This document shows positions 35,780-50,369 of a DNA stretch of 64,000 bases, piece by piece. This DNA is from Azolla caroliniana (taxonomy: Eukaryota; Plantae; Polypodiophyta): NCBI GenBank assembly GCA_043228905.1, contig JBHGNT010000004.1:17298001-17362000 (forward strand), written 5' to 3'. The notes below the pieces were generated by a model, which ran no database searches, was not told the origin of the DNA, and saw only the letters and a list, made by a program, of their open reading frames with translations. The translations under genes and the position numbers were made by a program. The number at the start of each line of letters is the position of its first letter. The first letter of the stretch is position 1.

Positions 35780-38700
35780 TTGTGGCTGATATGATGAAAC
35801 GCAAGAATTTTAATATAGTAGTGCCCCATTTCCTCCATTGGAGTAGAAGGTTGTATTTCTGTATCCTGTGTAGAACCTCCATAAGAATGTGGGTGTTGTT
35901 CCCACTCTAGTGTATGAATCAAAATATCGTCCAGGTACACTAGTACCACCCCTTGGATCAAGTCATAAAATATTGAATTCTCCATCCTTTGAAAGGTGCT
36001 ACCAGCATCAGATAGGTCGAAGGGTATTCTTTTAAACTTAAATAAACCATGTTGCATCCTAAAAGTGGTTTTGTGTTTCTCTGTAGGACTTAATGGGATC
36101 TGCTAATAGCCTGACGCGAGGTCTAGTGAGGTGAAGTACTTCGACTTCCCGACTTGATCCAATAGATCATCCACGCATGGAAGCGGGTACAGGTTGTGGT
36201 TGGTAATTTTATTCAAAGGGCGGAAATGAATGCAAAAACGAAAGGTGCCATTGTCCTTGCGTACCAAATGCGGATCTGAGACACGGTCACTACTTGATGG
36301 CTCCATAATGTCCTTGTCGAGCATGTCTTTGACTGCTTGATTGATCCTTTGATTATCCAATGGAGATCATCGTCTGGCGGCCATCCGAACTAGCTATCCG
36401 GTGGTTGTTGGGATTGTATGTTGGACAAGCAAATTGATTTGTGTTGTGGTCATTGTCTTGCGGAATAACATCAGAAATTCCCGCCAGAGTCGGTGGATGT
36501 CAGCGGTTCGTACTGTGCTTGATGCTAAGTTGTGGTGTGCTAAGCAAGGGAATTGTTGTAAACAGCTGAAGGGAGGGGAGAACTACCAATTGAGTATCAA
36601 AATGTAGTTGTGCACTGATGTCATGGGAAATAATTGGCGCGGTAATACATAAAATGAATGCAGGAACTTATGTTGTGCTAAAAGGAAGGTGCAATGTGCT
36701 TGTGTGTTCGATTGGTAGACTCGTTTCTTATCACCAAAGACTACTTGTATTGGTGCTGCTGGGGACATGGGTAAGTTTAATGAATTGACTAAATCTATGC
36801 TAATGGAAGAAATAGTGCTTCTTGAATCTAATAGAGCCTCGTGTGATGTGTTATCTATTCGCGCTACTGTGGAACATACCATTCATTTGGAAGAGGTTGT
36901 TGCATGGATGTGCTATAACTGCTCCTCCGTTAGTTTCCTGCTTGATGGTTTCCCAGTACCTCACCAAGTGACGTGGAATCAACCAATTGTACAAGAGCAT
37001 TCTGATGATGTTTAGATTCTGGAAATTTCCTGCAATGTTTTTTAACATGACCATACCCATCACAGTAAAAACAACGCGGCTTGCCTTCAGAATCACGATA
37101 AGGTAAACTTATTTTCTTGATAAATTATGCATTCTGTACAACGATGTCCATTGGTGAAATGGAGGAATCATTTGGTTGTTCGTGATGATTGTTGCTTACA
37201 GGTTGTATGGATGGAGACAACTCTATGTAATCGGGTGCTTCAATCCGTTGGGCAATTTGGATTGCCATATGGAATGTTGTCGGTCCCTGATCCATAACAT
37301 GACGATATAGATCATGTCGTAACCGTGGTAGTAGGAAGTACAGCTTCATGGTCTCCTTCATGTTGGGGTCGACTCGAAGTAGTAGTTGTTTTAGCTTGAC
37401 GGAAGTTGTGCCACCGGCTCGTTGGGTTGTTGCCGGAGACTGTTTATTTGTTGTAGAGCAGATTTTGTCACATCATTGTTAGCGAAATGTTGTATGAGTT
37501 GCTCCTACAAATAGTGCCAATCGTTCTTGATTTCTTCCGGTTGTTGTATAAACCACGTGGCGGCTACATGCTCAAATATTGTTCGCATCTCCAATGCTTT
37601 TCTTTCATCATTCCAATAGTGATAGCTTGCGACGAGGTCACAATGATCTAGCCAAGCTAGTATATCCTCTGTGGGGAGACCGGAGAATGATCTTGGACGT
37701 ATTTGGGAATCTTTTCTTTGATCACTTATTGTTCCTATAGATTGAGATTGAAAGGTGAGCCATGTTATGAGTGCTTGATTCGTGTGATTACTTGAATCAT
37801 CATCGTAGACATCGCTTGGAACATTTGCTCTAGCTAATTCGGGTAAAAATGAAGGTTTAAAATTTGTTAATACCGTCAAATTTTGCTAAGGCCAAAGCAA
37901 TAGTACATGTATTAGTAGTTACAAATTACAATTCATAGGCTATAACATATAGTTTTATTTGAGAAGGGTAAATGTGTAAACATATGTTATGTGATATGAT
38001 AAAGGAGAAAAAGTGCCCGGACATATGCATAGTGTGAAAATAAACTTAGGGCTTATTCTCTTTTCAGCCCATTCCTCTCTTTTGCTTGTTTCTCTCTCTC
38101 TCTCTCTTTCTCTAGTCAACCACGCCATCACACCACAATACATTTCACACATGAGCTCTCTGACATATATTCTCGACATGTTCAAGCCCATCTCTCCTCC
38201 CTTGATCCCTCCCTACCTTTAGAGAGCCTTAGTATGTAAAACTCACACACATCCTTCACTCCACAACAATTAGCAGTTTCCCATATATGAAACACTCCAA
38301 TCAAGGTAGATTAGGATCTATGCCACAAAATAGATGGTATGATGACGATTGTAGGAACTTACATAGACAATTTACAATATTGCAACTCAGCTCGCAAAGA
38401 AATGCACAAGATGGCACGTCATAAGGGATGAGCATGGGAGGCATCCCAATCTTGGGAAATCTACCATATGCTCATGAGTAGCGATTGCGCCACTGCATGG
38501 AAGAGATTACGGGAACTAAGACCACAAACACCCATCGAAGATCCCGAAACCTGGCACACATATAAAGAGAGACTTTACCAATTCCCAAACCAACCACCCA
38601 TTCCAATGCCTTCTACACCCCAACCTACCGTGGGGACACTTTTCACGACCTCTAGGGTCGTGAAGGTCATAAAGAAATTACAACATAGGAAGTCCATGGA

Positions 38701-38919
38701 CCACAGAAGATTGCGAGCAGAATACATTGTTGGGAACACCGTCTTCTAATGCGGAACAAGCTCAACACTCTTCTAAGATAAGATCGTAAATGGATGCAAG
38801 ATCATAGCTTTGATGGCAACAAAGAAAGAAAGTAAAAGACAACTACTTTGCAAGAGAGAGAGAGTTAGAGTTCAATGAAGTTTATTACAAACTTTTTACA
38901 AAATGAGCAACCAACCCAT

Positions 38920-39636
38920 TGTCGTGAAGATTTCCGGCTATAGTGTGAAACCGGGGTGGAATAGGGCAAGTCGGTGGTTCAACATGTGCACAGGTGTAGT
39001 AGGAAACGGTGTATAGAATAAAGGGGAGTATTTGTCCCACATTGTAACGCCCTCCCCTCCTTGGTCTATAAAAGGAGGGAGGGGTCCCTTGTTGAGGGGT
39101 TGCCCATTTTGAGTTAGGAGGGTATATCGTTAGATTTAGGGTTAGACAGTTTCTCTTATTCTTGCTTTGTTCTAGGGTTTCATCTTGGTAGTTCTTCTTC
39201 TTCTTCGTCGTCGTCATGTGGGTTGAGAGTTCGTGGATGTTTAGGGTTTCTTCTGCTCGGTCCCCTGTGCAAGACCCCGCTCGGCGCGACGAGCCCGAGA
39301 GCTCCCCGATTGGCGGCTTGGCAGCAGGCTGCTATTGTAACCTACCCTACCTTGCTCCGGCTCGAAGTCGGGGTTGTATTTTTTTCCTTTGTAATATTTA
39401 TACTCGTATCTATTTGTGCATATTGGTGTATTTGGTGGTGTCGGGAGCATAGCCCTTTTTCCCTGTGCATAAGAGTCAGTGTCGCGTGTATGATATCTTT
39501 CTCTTCTCTCTCCCTCTCTCGTGTTTGGTTGCCTCCGGGACGCGTCCGGAATCGGCTTCTCGGCATCCCTTCCTCCCTCGTCCGAGACTCCCGTCTTTCC
39601 GCCCCTTATTACACGCACGCGCGTAATAACACGACA
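38920..39636 (+). mobile_element. Solo Gypsy-type LTR (TGTCGTG...CACGACA)
   Basis: Inserted at CCGT of the C-A LTR (TSD decayed to CCAT/CTGT); similar to 45633-46427. Confidence 0.85.
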
Positions 39637-42600
39637 CTGTAACTGGGTACAAAGTCAGTTTATATACTGACTAACTTAGGGCAATTGCCCTTCTCACTAT
39701 TTACATAAATATCTTAAGTCTAGTGTGTTCAAAAGGAGACAATGTGAATACGTCCATTAGAAACTCATATTCAACACTTCCCCGTAATGGGCGTATACAT
39801 CCGAAATCTATAGACCGAAATGAATGTACATTACAGATTGAGACAAGGTTTATGAACAATCGAGAATTCATTCAAGTCGGTGAACTCCGAAGAGTAGAAG
39901 GTCGGATTGGCTGAGTTCGGAGAGACTGAAGCCTAAGTTCGAACTATCTAGGTCTATTGTCCGAGAAACGTCCTGAGTGTCCGATTTAATCGGACTGATT
40001 CTTCATTGCGCCCATTCAATGCCGAAGGGATCAAAATTGATCTGTCGGGAGACACTTGGTCATTGCATTAGCAACGTTGTCAGTTGTAGGTACCTTCTCA
40101 AGGCCGATTTTCCCTGAAATGACACAGTCCCGAACGAAATGATATCGAACGTCAATATGGTTGGAGGCGTTGTGATGAACCGGATTTTTCGACAGACCAA
40201 CAACACCCTGACTGTCACTCTAAACAATTAGAGTCGAGCCGATTTCGGCTTGTTGAAAGGTGCAGGCTAGCCAATCGAGCCATAAGACCTCTTTTGCCGC
40301 ATCAGAAACGGCTATGTATTCAGCCTCGATCGTTGATGTGGCGGTGCACTCCTGAAGTTTCAACTTCCACGAGATCGCTCCATTGCCAAGTTTAAAACAA
40401 TATCCGGTTGTCGACGGCTGTTTATGCAACTTGCAAAGTCTAAGTCGGTGTATCCGACTACGCCTGAGATGTCATTCGGGCCGAACAGAATACCAAGGTC
40501 TTTTGTGCCCACCAGATATCTAAACACATGCTTGACTACGTTCCAGTGTGATCGGTCGGGATTATGCATAAATCGGCTGATGACTCCAACGGCGTGAGCG
40601 ATATCAGGTCGTGTCACGACCATCGCACACATTAGCGAGCCAACTGCCGGTGCATACGGTACCGACTTCATAATTTCGCCGAGACAGTCGAGTACTAATA
40701 GGGAGCAGGGTAGAGCCAGATTTTGCTGAGTGCATGTTGAAGCGTTCTAGGACACGTCCAATGTAGTCAGATTGGGACAGAAACAATTGTCGTTGAGTAC
40801 AATTCTGACTGAACTTCATACCAAGAATGTGTCGTGCCGGACCGAGATCCCTCATGGAAAACTTCAACCGAAGTTGCCGAATGAGTTCGGTGAGTTCAGC
40901 TGCATGGCGTCTTCCACGTAGATGATGAGGAAGATGGGTGATCCATCTTGAGCTGTCGTCGTGAAGAGACAATGGTCCTCATCGCTCTTTGAGAAGACGA
41001 TCAATTGGATGAAGTTGTCGAACTTCTTGTACCACTGTCGCGGCGCCTGTTTCAGGCCATAAAGACTCTTCTAGAGTCGGTAAACTAGATGTTCTTGGCA
41101 CGAAACCTTTCGGTTGCTCCATATAAATTTCCTCCTCAAGATCACCATGGAGGAAAGCCATTTTGACATGTAGTTGAATCAACTCCAAATTTTTGGCTAC
41201 TACTATGCCGAGCATGAATCAAAGGGTTGTCATCTTCACCACTGGCGAAAAGATTTCGTGGAAATCGACACCGTGTTCCTGTCGAAAACCCTTTGCTACT
41301 AATCTGGCTTTGAATTTAGGTTGGCCGAATAAGATGTCTCCTTAATTCGATAGACCCACTTGCACGGAAGAGCACGTCGATTTTTTAGTAATTCAACCAT
41401 GTTTGAATTTTTGTTTGCATGAATGGAGTTCATTTCGGACTCCATTGCTAGATGCCAAGTGGCCGAATCAACTGACGTCGATACTTCTTCGTATGACGTC
41501 GGTTCTTATGCATCCGTAAAGAAGATGCCATGAGAATATCTCTCCAGGGGTTGCGACAGTCTCTCGGATCTTCGAGGTATGAGTGGACTAGTCGCATCGG
41601 GTGTCATGGTCGGATGGTCCAAAGCCGAATCATCTGGTTGTGCGGAGTCGAAATTCTCCGAGTTGGTGTTTGACGGTTGAGCTACCCGTGAGGCTGACTG
41701 TGTGTTGTGTGTTGGGCCTTCGTGAAGGGTTGGCACATCAAGAAAGATTACCCTATGGACTTCAATCGGCTTTTCGACCGATTGATGCATGGCCGAATCA
41801 TTCAACACGACGTTCGAACTTCGAACAATCTATTTGTGTTAGGGGTCCCAGAGTCGGTATCCCATTTCGCCATCTATTCCATAACCAAGAAATATACATT
41901 TCATGGACCGTGGTGCAAGTTTGCGGCGATCATCTTTCAGGACGAGGGCATACGCCTCACATCCGAAAATCCTCAGCTTGTCGTAATTCGGCTTACCACC
42001 GATCCATAATTCCTCAGGTATCCGAAGTCCTAGAGGCCTACTAGACGACATATTGATTATGTATACTGTCGTAAGTAGGGCCTCGGCCCAGAAGCGCCAT
42101 CTGACAGTCTGGAGTGTTGAACCATGGAAAATATTTGTTCATGAATTGTTTGATTCATTCGCTCGGCAATTCCATTCTGCTCTGGACTATGAGGTGTCAT
42201 AAATTCACGTCGTATGCTGCGTTGTAGGCAAGATTTGACGAATTCCTCTGATTTGAACTCTCCCCCATTATCGGACCGAAAGCTTTTCAGTTTTCGGACG
42301 GACTGATTCTCAACCTTGGCGAGCCAATCGGAAAAGATCGAGAAAACCCGATCTTTGGTTTTGATCGGATAAGCCCACACCTTTCGAGTCGAGTCGTCAA
42401 TGAAGCTGACGAAGTACAGAGCACCGTCGAGGGATTGATGTGGCATAGGACCACATACGTCCAAGTGGACCAAATCGAGCAGACTCAATTCTCTCGGGGC
42501 AGATGAAGGGTGTGTTACAACTATCTGCTTATCGTATTGGCAATGCTCGCAGAACTGATGATCTGAGAAGGAGAGTTTGGGGATGTATTCGGCTCTAGAT

Positions 42601-43657
42601 AAGTGCATGATGTCAGCCTTGTTGAGGTATCTGAGTCGTCTGTGCTAGAGTGATGACATGGGAATGTCAACCAAAAACAGGTCACCCTCTCTGAGTGTGA
42701 CGTGCAAAGGATACAATGAGCAAGTAGGAGGTTCCCTCTCTGGAGCGTCCCCCCTCCTGATGAGAAGCCAACACGGATGTCGTCTTCATCCAATTGTCCG
42801 ACTAGGATTAGTGGTCTTGAGAGCTCTGGTACATGTCGGACATTGCGTAGTACTAATGTAGAGCCACCCGCAAGGTTGAGCTCTACCGTACCGATTCCAA
42901 TTATGTCACAATGTTACGAATTTCCTACTCGAACAAAGTTGGAATGTCGGGCCGTGTATTGCCGAAATTGGGATCGATGAGGAGTCACATGAAAGGACAC
43001 ACCCGAATCTAAGAGCCACGTGCTCGATTCTTCAGTCGTAAGCAGATCTTCTGATTCGACTGGATTCTCAATTGACAGTATATTTGGGTCGTTTGTCGAT
43101 ACTTCGGCCGAAGAGCCGATGTAGTTGATCTCCTCGTGTCGGCCACTCTTCTGCTCGGCTCGCTGAGCCTTATCGTTTTTGGTCTTGAGTGCACGGCAAT
43201 CGGCTTTGATGTGTCCGGGTTTCTTGCAGTAGTTGCAGACTCGATTATCCCAGGACTTGCGCTGACTTTGCTGATTATTTGGCTGCCATGAAGAACTTCT
43301 TCCACGGTTGTTTGATCGGTCGGTCGAACCTTGTACTACTTAAGCATTGTTGGCTGAATCGTAAGCAAATGATTTTCTCCGATCTGCTTCAATCAGAATT
43401 GCACTCGTGACTGAGGAGTACTTAACAGCAACTATCGACGTATTGCACACGGTTGTAGTGAAAGTTTCCCACGAGGGAGGGAGACTCTACTCATGAGCAG
43501 CATTGCTTTTAGTTCATCCTCGATAATTGTCCCTTGGGCTGAGATTTGGGAGCTTAAGCTTTTGTGCTCATTCAGATGTGCCTGGATTGAGTCGGACTCT
43601 TTGATCCGAAGGTTATAAAGGCGTCAAATCAGTTATATCTTCGTGGCAGCGACCTTC

Positions 43658-46600
43658 TGTTGAGCGGCAAGCTCAACCAAATCCGGATCGGTTGAATAAG
43701 CTTGAGCTGGATCGGCATCCGGAAGGATGAGCTAGATCGGTGAGCCGGTGAGCAAGCAAGCTAGTGAGCAAGTGAGCTAGTCAGCTGGGGAGCCGATTAG
43801 CCGGATCAAGCAGTAATTGGAAGCTTAGTAGCAGTCTAGACTACTAGGTAGTTAATGTCTTGTAGTTAGTGTCAGACACTCGTGTGAGCATTGATGTACA
43901 CTGTACTTCTGTTAGTCCTCTTAGGACTTGCATAGATAGTGTTGTTGAGCACGTTGTATGTACAGTGAATTTTACAGAGTTGTTGATAATCTCTGTCTTT
44001 CCTGCGTACCTTCCGTGTGTTAATCTCTCTCTCTCTCTCTCTCTCTCTCTTTGTTGCTATCCAGCTAAGCCGGTTGTCTAAAGCTTTGACACCTTCGTTT
44101 TTACATGGTATCAGAGCGCGAGGGTTGAGAACCTCTACAGGCGACATTTGCTTCCGTAGACGAACACTAGAACCCAGTAACAACAAATAGAGAGAAGATA
44201 TGGACAAAGGAATGGCTAGCTCGCTCCCGGTGGAGAAGCTCGACAGATCCAACTACGCATCTTCGTCATACAAGATGCACCAGTACCTGCTTGGGCATGG
44301 TTACTGGATCCATGTCGACGGAGCTAACGACAAAACACCTGATGCAGCACACAAGGACTTCCGAGTGTGGGAACAAGTGGCAAGCAGAGTGATGTACTAC
44401 TTTGCGTCTACTGTTGGAGACTAGTTGTTGAGCCATGTCCGAGATGCCAAGACGCCAAAAGAAGCTTGGTGAAACCTCAAGAAGGTTTTCGCGGCAAGCA
44501 CTACGGGCCAAAAGTTGCAACTCCGACAGGAGTTGAGCAATGTCCGACAGAAGGACATGTCGGTAGCCGATTACACGGCCCGAATCAAAGAGATCTGTGA
44601 CTCACTTGCCTCTATCAACGTCACTGTAGAGGAAGATGAGATGGTGGAGATCTGTCTTGGGGGCCTAGCGTCTAAGTTCAAAACACTCCAAACGGCAATA
44701 TGTACAAGGGAGAATACGCCATCATTTTTCGACTTACAGTTGATGCTCTTTGTAGAGGAGAACCATGCCGGTGCGTCAACAAGTGCACCCATTGACAGCC
44801 GGATGTTGTACACTGAGGCGGATCGGCCCCTATGGGCCTGGTGGACGAGGCGGGTCAGCTCACAATGGTAGCGGCCGGCAAGAGCAGGACCGAAGGCACA
44901 AAAAACGTGCCGACATCAGTTCCGGATCCTCCACAAGCAGGGGGAGTCAAGGCAGCACCAGAGGCCGGCAAGCAAAGGCCGACACGGAATGTTGGTACTG
45001 TGGTAAAAAGGGCCACAAAGAAAGCGAGTGCTGGAAGAAATGCACCGATTCGGACAGATCCGGATCCAGCGAGGCTGGCAGAGAGAACTGGCAATACTCG
45101 CACTACGCAGAAGGATCGGGAGGATCCAAAACCGGAAAAGCCAGTAAAGGGCCAACCTGCCTTGGTGATGAAACATGAGGCTAACTCGATGAAGAAGACC
45201 ACTTCCAAATCGGAGGAAGTGTGGTACGTTGATTCTCGTGCGTCGAATCACATGATGTGCCACAAAGAGTGGTTCTCTTTCTTGGAGAAACCGGAACAAC
45301 CGAGAGTCGTCGAAACCGGAGACGACACTCCTCACCCAATCATGCATATCAGAGAAGTCCCTTTGAGCCATGTCGGACAGAGGGGAAGGCTGATGAACGT
45401 ATTACACATTCTGAGTATCACAAAGAACCTGCTGTCAGTTGGACAAATTGTCGACCACGAGATGCAGGTGCGGTTTACGCACCTCGGGTGCTTCATCGAG
45501 GACGAGGGCCGGATAATTTCGCAAGGGCGCAGAGAAGGGAGGATGTTCATCCTCAACACTAATGACGTTGGCACCGTCATGTTTGCCAAAGGGCAGAAGG
45601 TCGAGTCAGACATCGACCTGTGGCACAAGTGGTGTCATGGAGAAAACCGTCCCTAGGCGGAATCTGAGAATATCGGGAGAATCGGCGGAGTGCATCATGT
45701 GTGCTCACCCTTGTACAAATCGAGTAAATAATAGGGGCGCCATCATGGCGCCGGACAGTAGTTAATTTGGGAGAGAGGATCCCATGTAATAAGGGATTTA
45801 TCCCACATTATTACGCATCCCTATCCTTGTTCTATAAAAGGAAGGGAGTGCCCTTTGTGAAGGGGTTGCCCATTTTGAGTTAGGAAGGGTATAACACATA
45901 GGTCTAGGGTTTGGTAGTTTTCTTGGTCTTCATCTCATTCTTATTCTTAGGGTTTCTACTTTGGTCTTCACCCTATTCCGTTTTAGGGTTTCGTCTTGGT
46001 TTTCTTCTACTTCTTCTTCCCCTTCGTGTTTGTTTAGGGTTCGCTTATGCTCGGTCTCCTGTGCAAGACCCCGCTCGCCGTGAGAAGCCCGTGAGCTCCC
46101 CGATCGGCGGCTTGGCAACAGACTGATGTTGTAACCTACCTTGGTCCGGCACGAAGCCGGGTTTGTATCTTTTCCTGTAATATATATATATATATATATT
46201 CGTGTTTGTTTGTGCATATCGATGTATTTGGTGGAGTCGGGAGTAGAGCCCCCCCCTTGTTTCCTGTGTATAAGAGTCGGTGTAGCGCGCATGCTCTCTC
46301 TCTCTCTCTCTCGTGTTCGGTTGCTTCCAGGACGCGTCCGGAATCGTCTTCTCGGCATCCCTTCCTCTCTCGTCCAAGACCCCTGTGGTCCCGCCCCTTC
46401 TACACGCACGCGCGTAATAAGGTGATAGCGAATTGGCCACGTCAACTACCAGAGGCTTCAAGACCTGCAATCAAAACAAGTTGTCTTCGGTTTGCCGAAA
46501 TTTAGCAGTCGGAAGGCCGAAATTTGTGAACCTTGCCAACTCTGGAAGCAACACCGGCTTCCATTCCCCACCGATCGAAACCGGAGCCATAACAAGCTCA

Positions 46601-49600
46601 ATTTAATCCATTCGGATTTATGGGGACCAACACAAAACGTTAGTCTTGGCGAGAGTCGGTATTTGGTCTCCTTCATTGACGACTACAACCGGCACACATG
46701 GATCTACCTCATTGAGCGGAAGAGCGAAGTCTTCGAGTGTTTCCGGAACCTACGAAGCCTGGTTGAATGGGAAACTAAGAGGAAGATCAAGTGCCTGTGG
46801 TCGGATGGCAGAAAAGAATATTTTTCCGGCCAATTCAACAGTTATCTGCAGCAAAAAGGAATTCGGAGAGAGTTCAGCTGCAGATACACACCGGAGCAAA
46901 ACGGTGTGGCCGAGAGGAAGAACCGGTCGATTATCAACGCGGCAAGGGCGATGTTGGAGGAAAAGAGCATGCCCAAATTCTCCTGGGCTGAGGCAGTCCG
47001 GACGGCCATCTATATCCAAAACCGGATCGGTGACAAGGTGTCAGCGCATGAGGTGTACTTCGGGCGCAAGCCGACTTTGAGACACCTTCGGATATTCGGT
47101 AGCATTTCATATGTGCATGTGCCAGATGAGAAGCGGAAGAAGTTGGATGCAAAGTCGGAGAAATGCATCCTGGTCGGTTACTCGCATGAGCAAAAGGGGT
47201 ATAAGTGTTATAACCCCTTGACGAAGCAGGTCCGAGTTAGCCGGGATGTTGAGTTTGATGAGACAACATCATGGTATGCCTTACCGGCTCCGACTTCCGA
47301 CCCCGACCCGATACCGGAGGATGAGGCTAGTGAGCCTAAACCAGTCCAGTTAGAAGACGAAGAGTTCGAGACTCTAGATGTGAGTACGGAATCATTTCAG
47401 TTGAGCGGGCCGAACGAGCAACTGGGTCAGACAGACCAGTCGAAAGATGAACCGGGGAGTAGTGGAGACTCTGTCGTGTTCCCCCCGTGCAAGGAACCGA
47501 GGAAACGGTTCACGCACAAGGAAAAGGGGAAGAGGAAGATGCCAGAGCACGAGACCGGCAATGATGAGTAGCATCGGAGCCAATCCAACTCAGAAAAAGA
47601 AGAAGGAGGATCTTTGGCAACAAAGACCGAACCGGCCAAGAAGGGCCTCAAACTGGGTAACGATAAGTTACGTTGGTCTTCCCACCAGAAGAACCCCGTG
47701 AAGCGGTACGGGTACAATGAGTACATGGCGCATCACTACACATACATGACCAAGGTGGCGGAAGTGCGTGAGCTAGAGAGCTATGTAGAAGTGACAAAGG
47801 ACGCAAATTGTTGTGCCGCTATGGAGGAAGAAATGCAGGTACTTGATGCCAACGACACATGGGACCTTGTTGACCCTCCCTAACACTGTAAACCGATTAG
47901 ATGTAAGTGGGTGTACAAGGTAAAGTACAATACCAATGGTTTGGTTAACCGGTGCAAGGTCAGGTTAATGGCGAAGGGGTACGCGCAGACCCATGGAATC
48001 GACTACGACGAGACCTTCGCTCCAGTAGCTAAGATGACGACGGTTCGCGTGGTGCTGGTGGTTGTTGCGGCAAGGGTGTGGCATCTTCACCAGATGGACA
48101 TGAAGAATGCATTTCTTCAAGGCGATCTTGAAGAAGAGGTCTTTATGACCCAACCGGTTTCCAGTCGGAGATGAACAAGTCGGCGATATGCCGGCTGAAG
48201 AAGTCACTTTATGGCCTGAAGCAAGCCCCCCGAGCTTGGAATGTGAAGATCACGCACCGGTTGCGTAAGATGGGGTTTGCGGTCTCCAAGTTCGACTCTT
48301 CGTTGTTCATTCGGCAAGGTTCGGACAGTCCGGTTTGCATCTTGCTGTATGTTGATGATCTAGTCATCACCGGAACCGGACTCGATGAAATCAGCCGAGT
48401 CAAGTCCCAGTTGTCGAACGCATTTGAGATGAAGGACCTGGGGTACCTTCACTATTTCCTTGGGATCGAGGTGATCCAAACCCCCGACGGCATATTACTC
48501 TCACAAAGACACTATGTGTTGAATATGTTGTACAAGTTCAGCATGATGGAATGCCGACCGATCTCCACACACTTGGACCAGAACCAAAAGCTCCGTCCCG
48601 ACTCCGGACCAGCTTGCGATGAGAAGCGGTTCCGACAAATCGTCGGAAGCCTTATATATTTGACAATCACCCGACCCAACATCAGTTATCCAATCGGCGT
48701 GATCAGCCAATATATGCAGAAGCCGACCGTGGAGCACCTTCTGTGCACGCATCGAATTTTGCGATATGTGAGTGGCACAAAGGATTGGGGACTGTTAAAC
48801 CGGTATGGTATAACCGAAGAGCTCATCGGCTCCACCGATGCCGACTGGTCCAATGATGCATCAAATCGCCGATCCACCTTCGACTATATATTTTCCCTTG
48901 GTAGTGCGGTTGTTGCATGGAGCAGCCAATAGTGGCCCTTTCGAGCACTGAGGCTGACTACCAGGGTGCTACCGTTGCGACCTGTGAAGCCATTTGGCTT
49001 CGGCGACGACTACAACGGATCGAGGTGTCGACCCCGATCCTGATCTACTGCGACAACATAAGCAGCATGCAGCTCGCCAAGAACCCTGTATTCCATGCTC
49101 GCACAAAGCACATAGAAGTGCACTACCACTTCGTGCATGAGCGTGTCTTGAGCGGTGAAATCGAATTTCGGTATGTTCATACGGATCAGCAAGTTGCCGA
49201 CATCTTCACCAAACCGCTCGGATCAGACAAGTTGCAACACTTCACCGAAATGCTTGGTTTTCAGCATCTCGACGTGCCACACTTGAGGGGGAGAATGGGC
49301 AAAGACACCGGAACGGGCAAAGGCAAAGAAACTGCCGATTGCGCCGGTGAGGGAAGAACCAACAAAGGGAGAGACAAGAAGAAGAAAGGAGCCGAGTCGA
49401 CAAGGGAAGTTGACACATCCAAACAAGTCGGAATAAGCGGCAATGGCGGAAGAGTCAAGAAGGACAGAACCAACCGGAAGAAGAAGGCCAAGACCTGGAC
49501 ATGGTTCGATGTGGTGAAGGGCCTGGAATCGGAAGACGAATCGGGAGCGACCGATTCGGACAAGAGCTGGAACGAATCGGAGACAACCGATTCGGTTCAA

Positions 49601-50332
49601 CAGACAGATTCGAAAGAACCGGATCAATTCAAGGCCAAGAGGATGAGAAAGCAACGAAAGTCGACGCCAACACGAAGGAATCGGCGAATCGGCAAGCGTC
49701 AAAGTCACAACAGCGAGGGAGCTGAATTGGGCTTGTTCAGCAGACAACCCGACCGAGGAGGTCGAGGAGCACAGAATCCGAAGGGTCGTGGCAAACGGGA
49801 CCGAACCGGACGAGGAGCACGAGCGAGGCGGAGTGACGCTAGAAGGAGCCATGTGGAAGGACCGGCTGCCATGGAGATTGACACTACGATCCGACCTCAA
49901 GTTGAGCTTGAGGGGGAGTGTTGAGCGGCAAGCTCAACCGGATCCGGATCGGCTGAATAAGCTTGAGCCAGATCGGCATCCGGAAGGATGAGCCGGTGAG
50001 CTGGGGAGCCGGTTAGCCTGATCAAGTAGTAACCGGAAGCCTAGTAGCAGCCTAGACTACTAGGTAGGTAATGTCTCGTAGTTAGTGTCAGACGCTCGTG
50101 TGAGCATTGAAGTACACTGTACTTTTGTCAGTCCTCTTAGGACTTGTATAAATAATGATGTTGAGCACGTTGTACGTACAGTGAATTTTACAGAGTTGTT
50201 GATAATAGACTTAAGTTGTTCTACTCTTTCTTTGTCTCTCCTGCGTACCTTCAATGTGTTAATCTCTCTCTCTCTCTATGTTGCTATACGGCTAAGCCGG
50301 TTGTCTATAGCTTTTGCACCTTCATTTTTACA
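43658..50332 (+). mobile_element. Ty1/Copia element C-B
   Basis: LTRs 43658-44105 and 49919-50332; TSD CCTTC; PBS TGGTATCAGAGC; gag, zinc knuckle, PR, INT, RT (YVDD) and RH fragments. Confidence 0.93.
45633..46427 (+). mobile_element. Solo Gypsy-type LTR in C-B
   Basis: Interrupts WHKR|IGHVN; TSD GTGG/GCGA (ancestral GCGG inferred). Confidence 0.85.
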
Positions 50333-50369
50333 CCTTCTTTTCGTAAGTGTCCGAAAGTGTCTTCCATAG

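Larger units (their letters stand above)
30037..38268 (-). mobile_element. Degenerate Ty3/Gypsy element interrupted by a hAT transposon
   Basis: gag fragments 37125-37879; PR LLDSRS; RT LDLASGY and YLDD; RNase H NYSTTEKE; INT SDQGSQF...YHPQTNGLTER. Putative LTR ~37890-38268; ends uncertain. Confidence 0.8.

Noticed and set aside
49223-49900. 225-aa antisense ORF as an env-like gene
   Set aside because: Mirror of the purine-rich sense extension; no recognisable motif.
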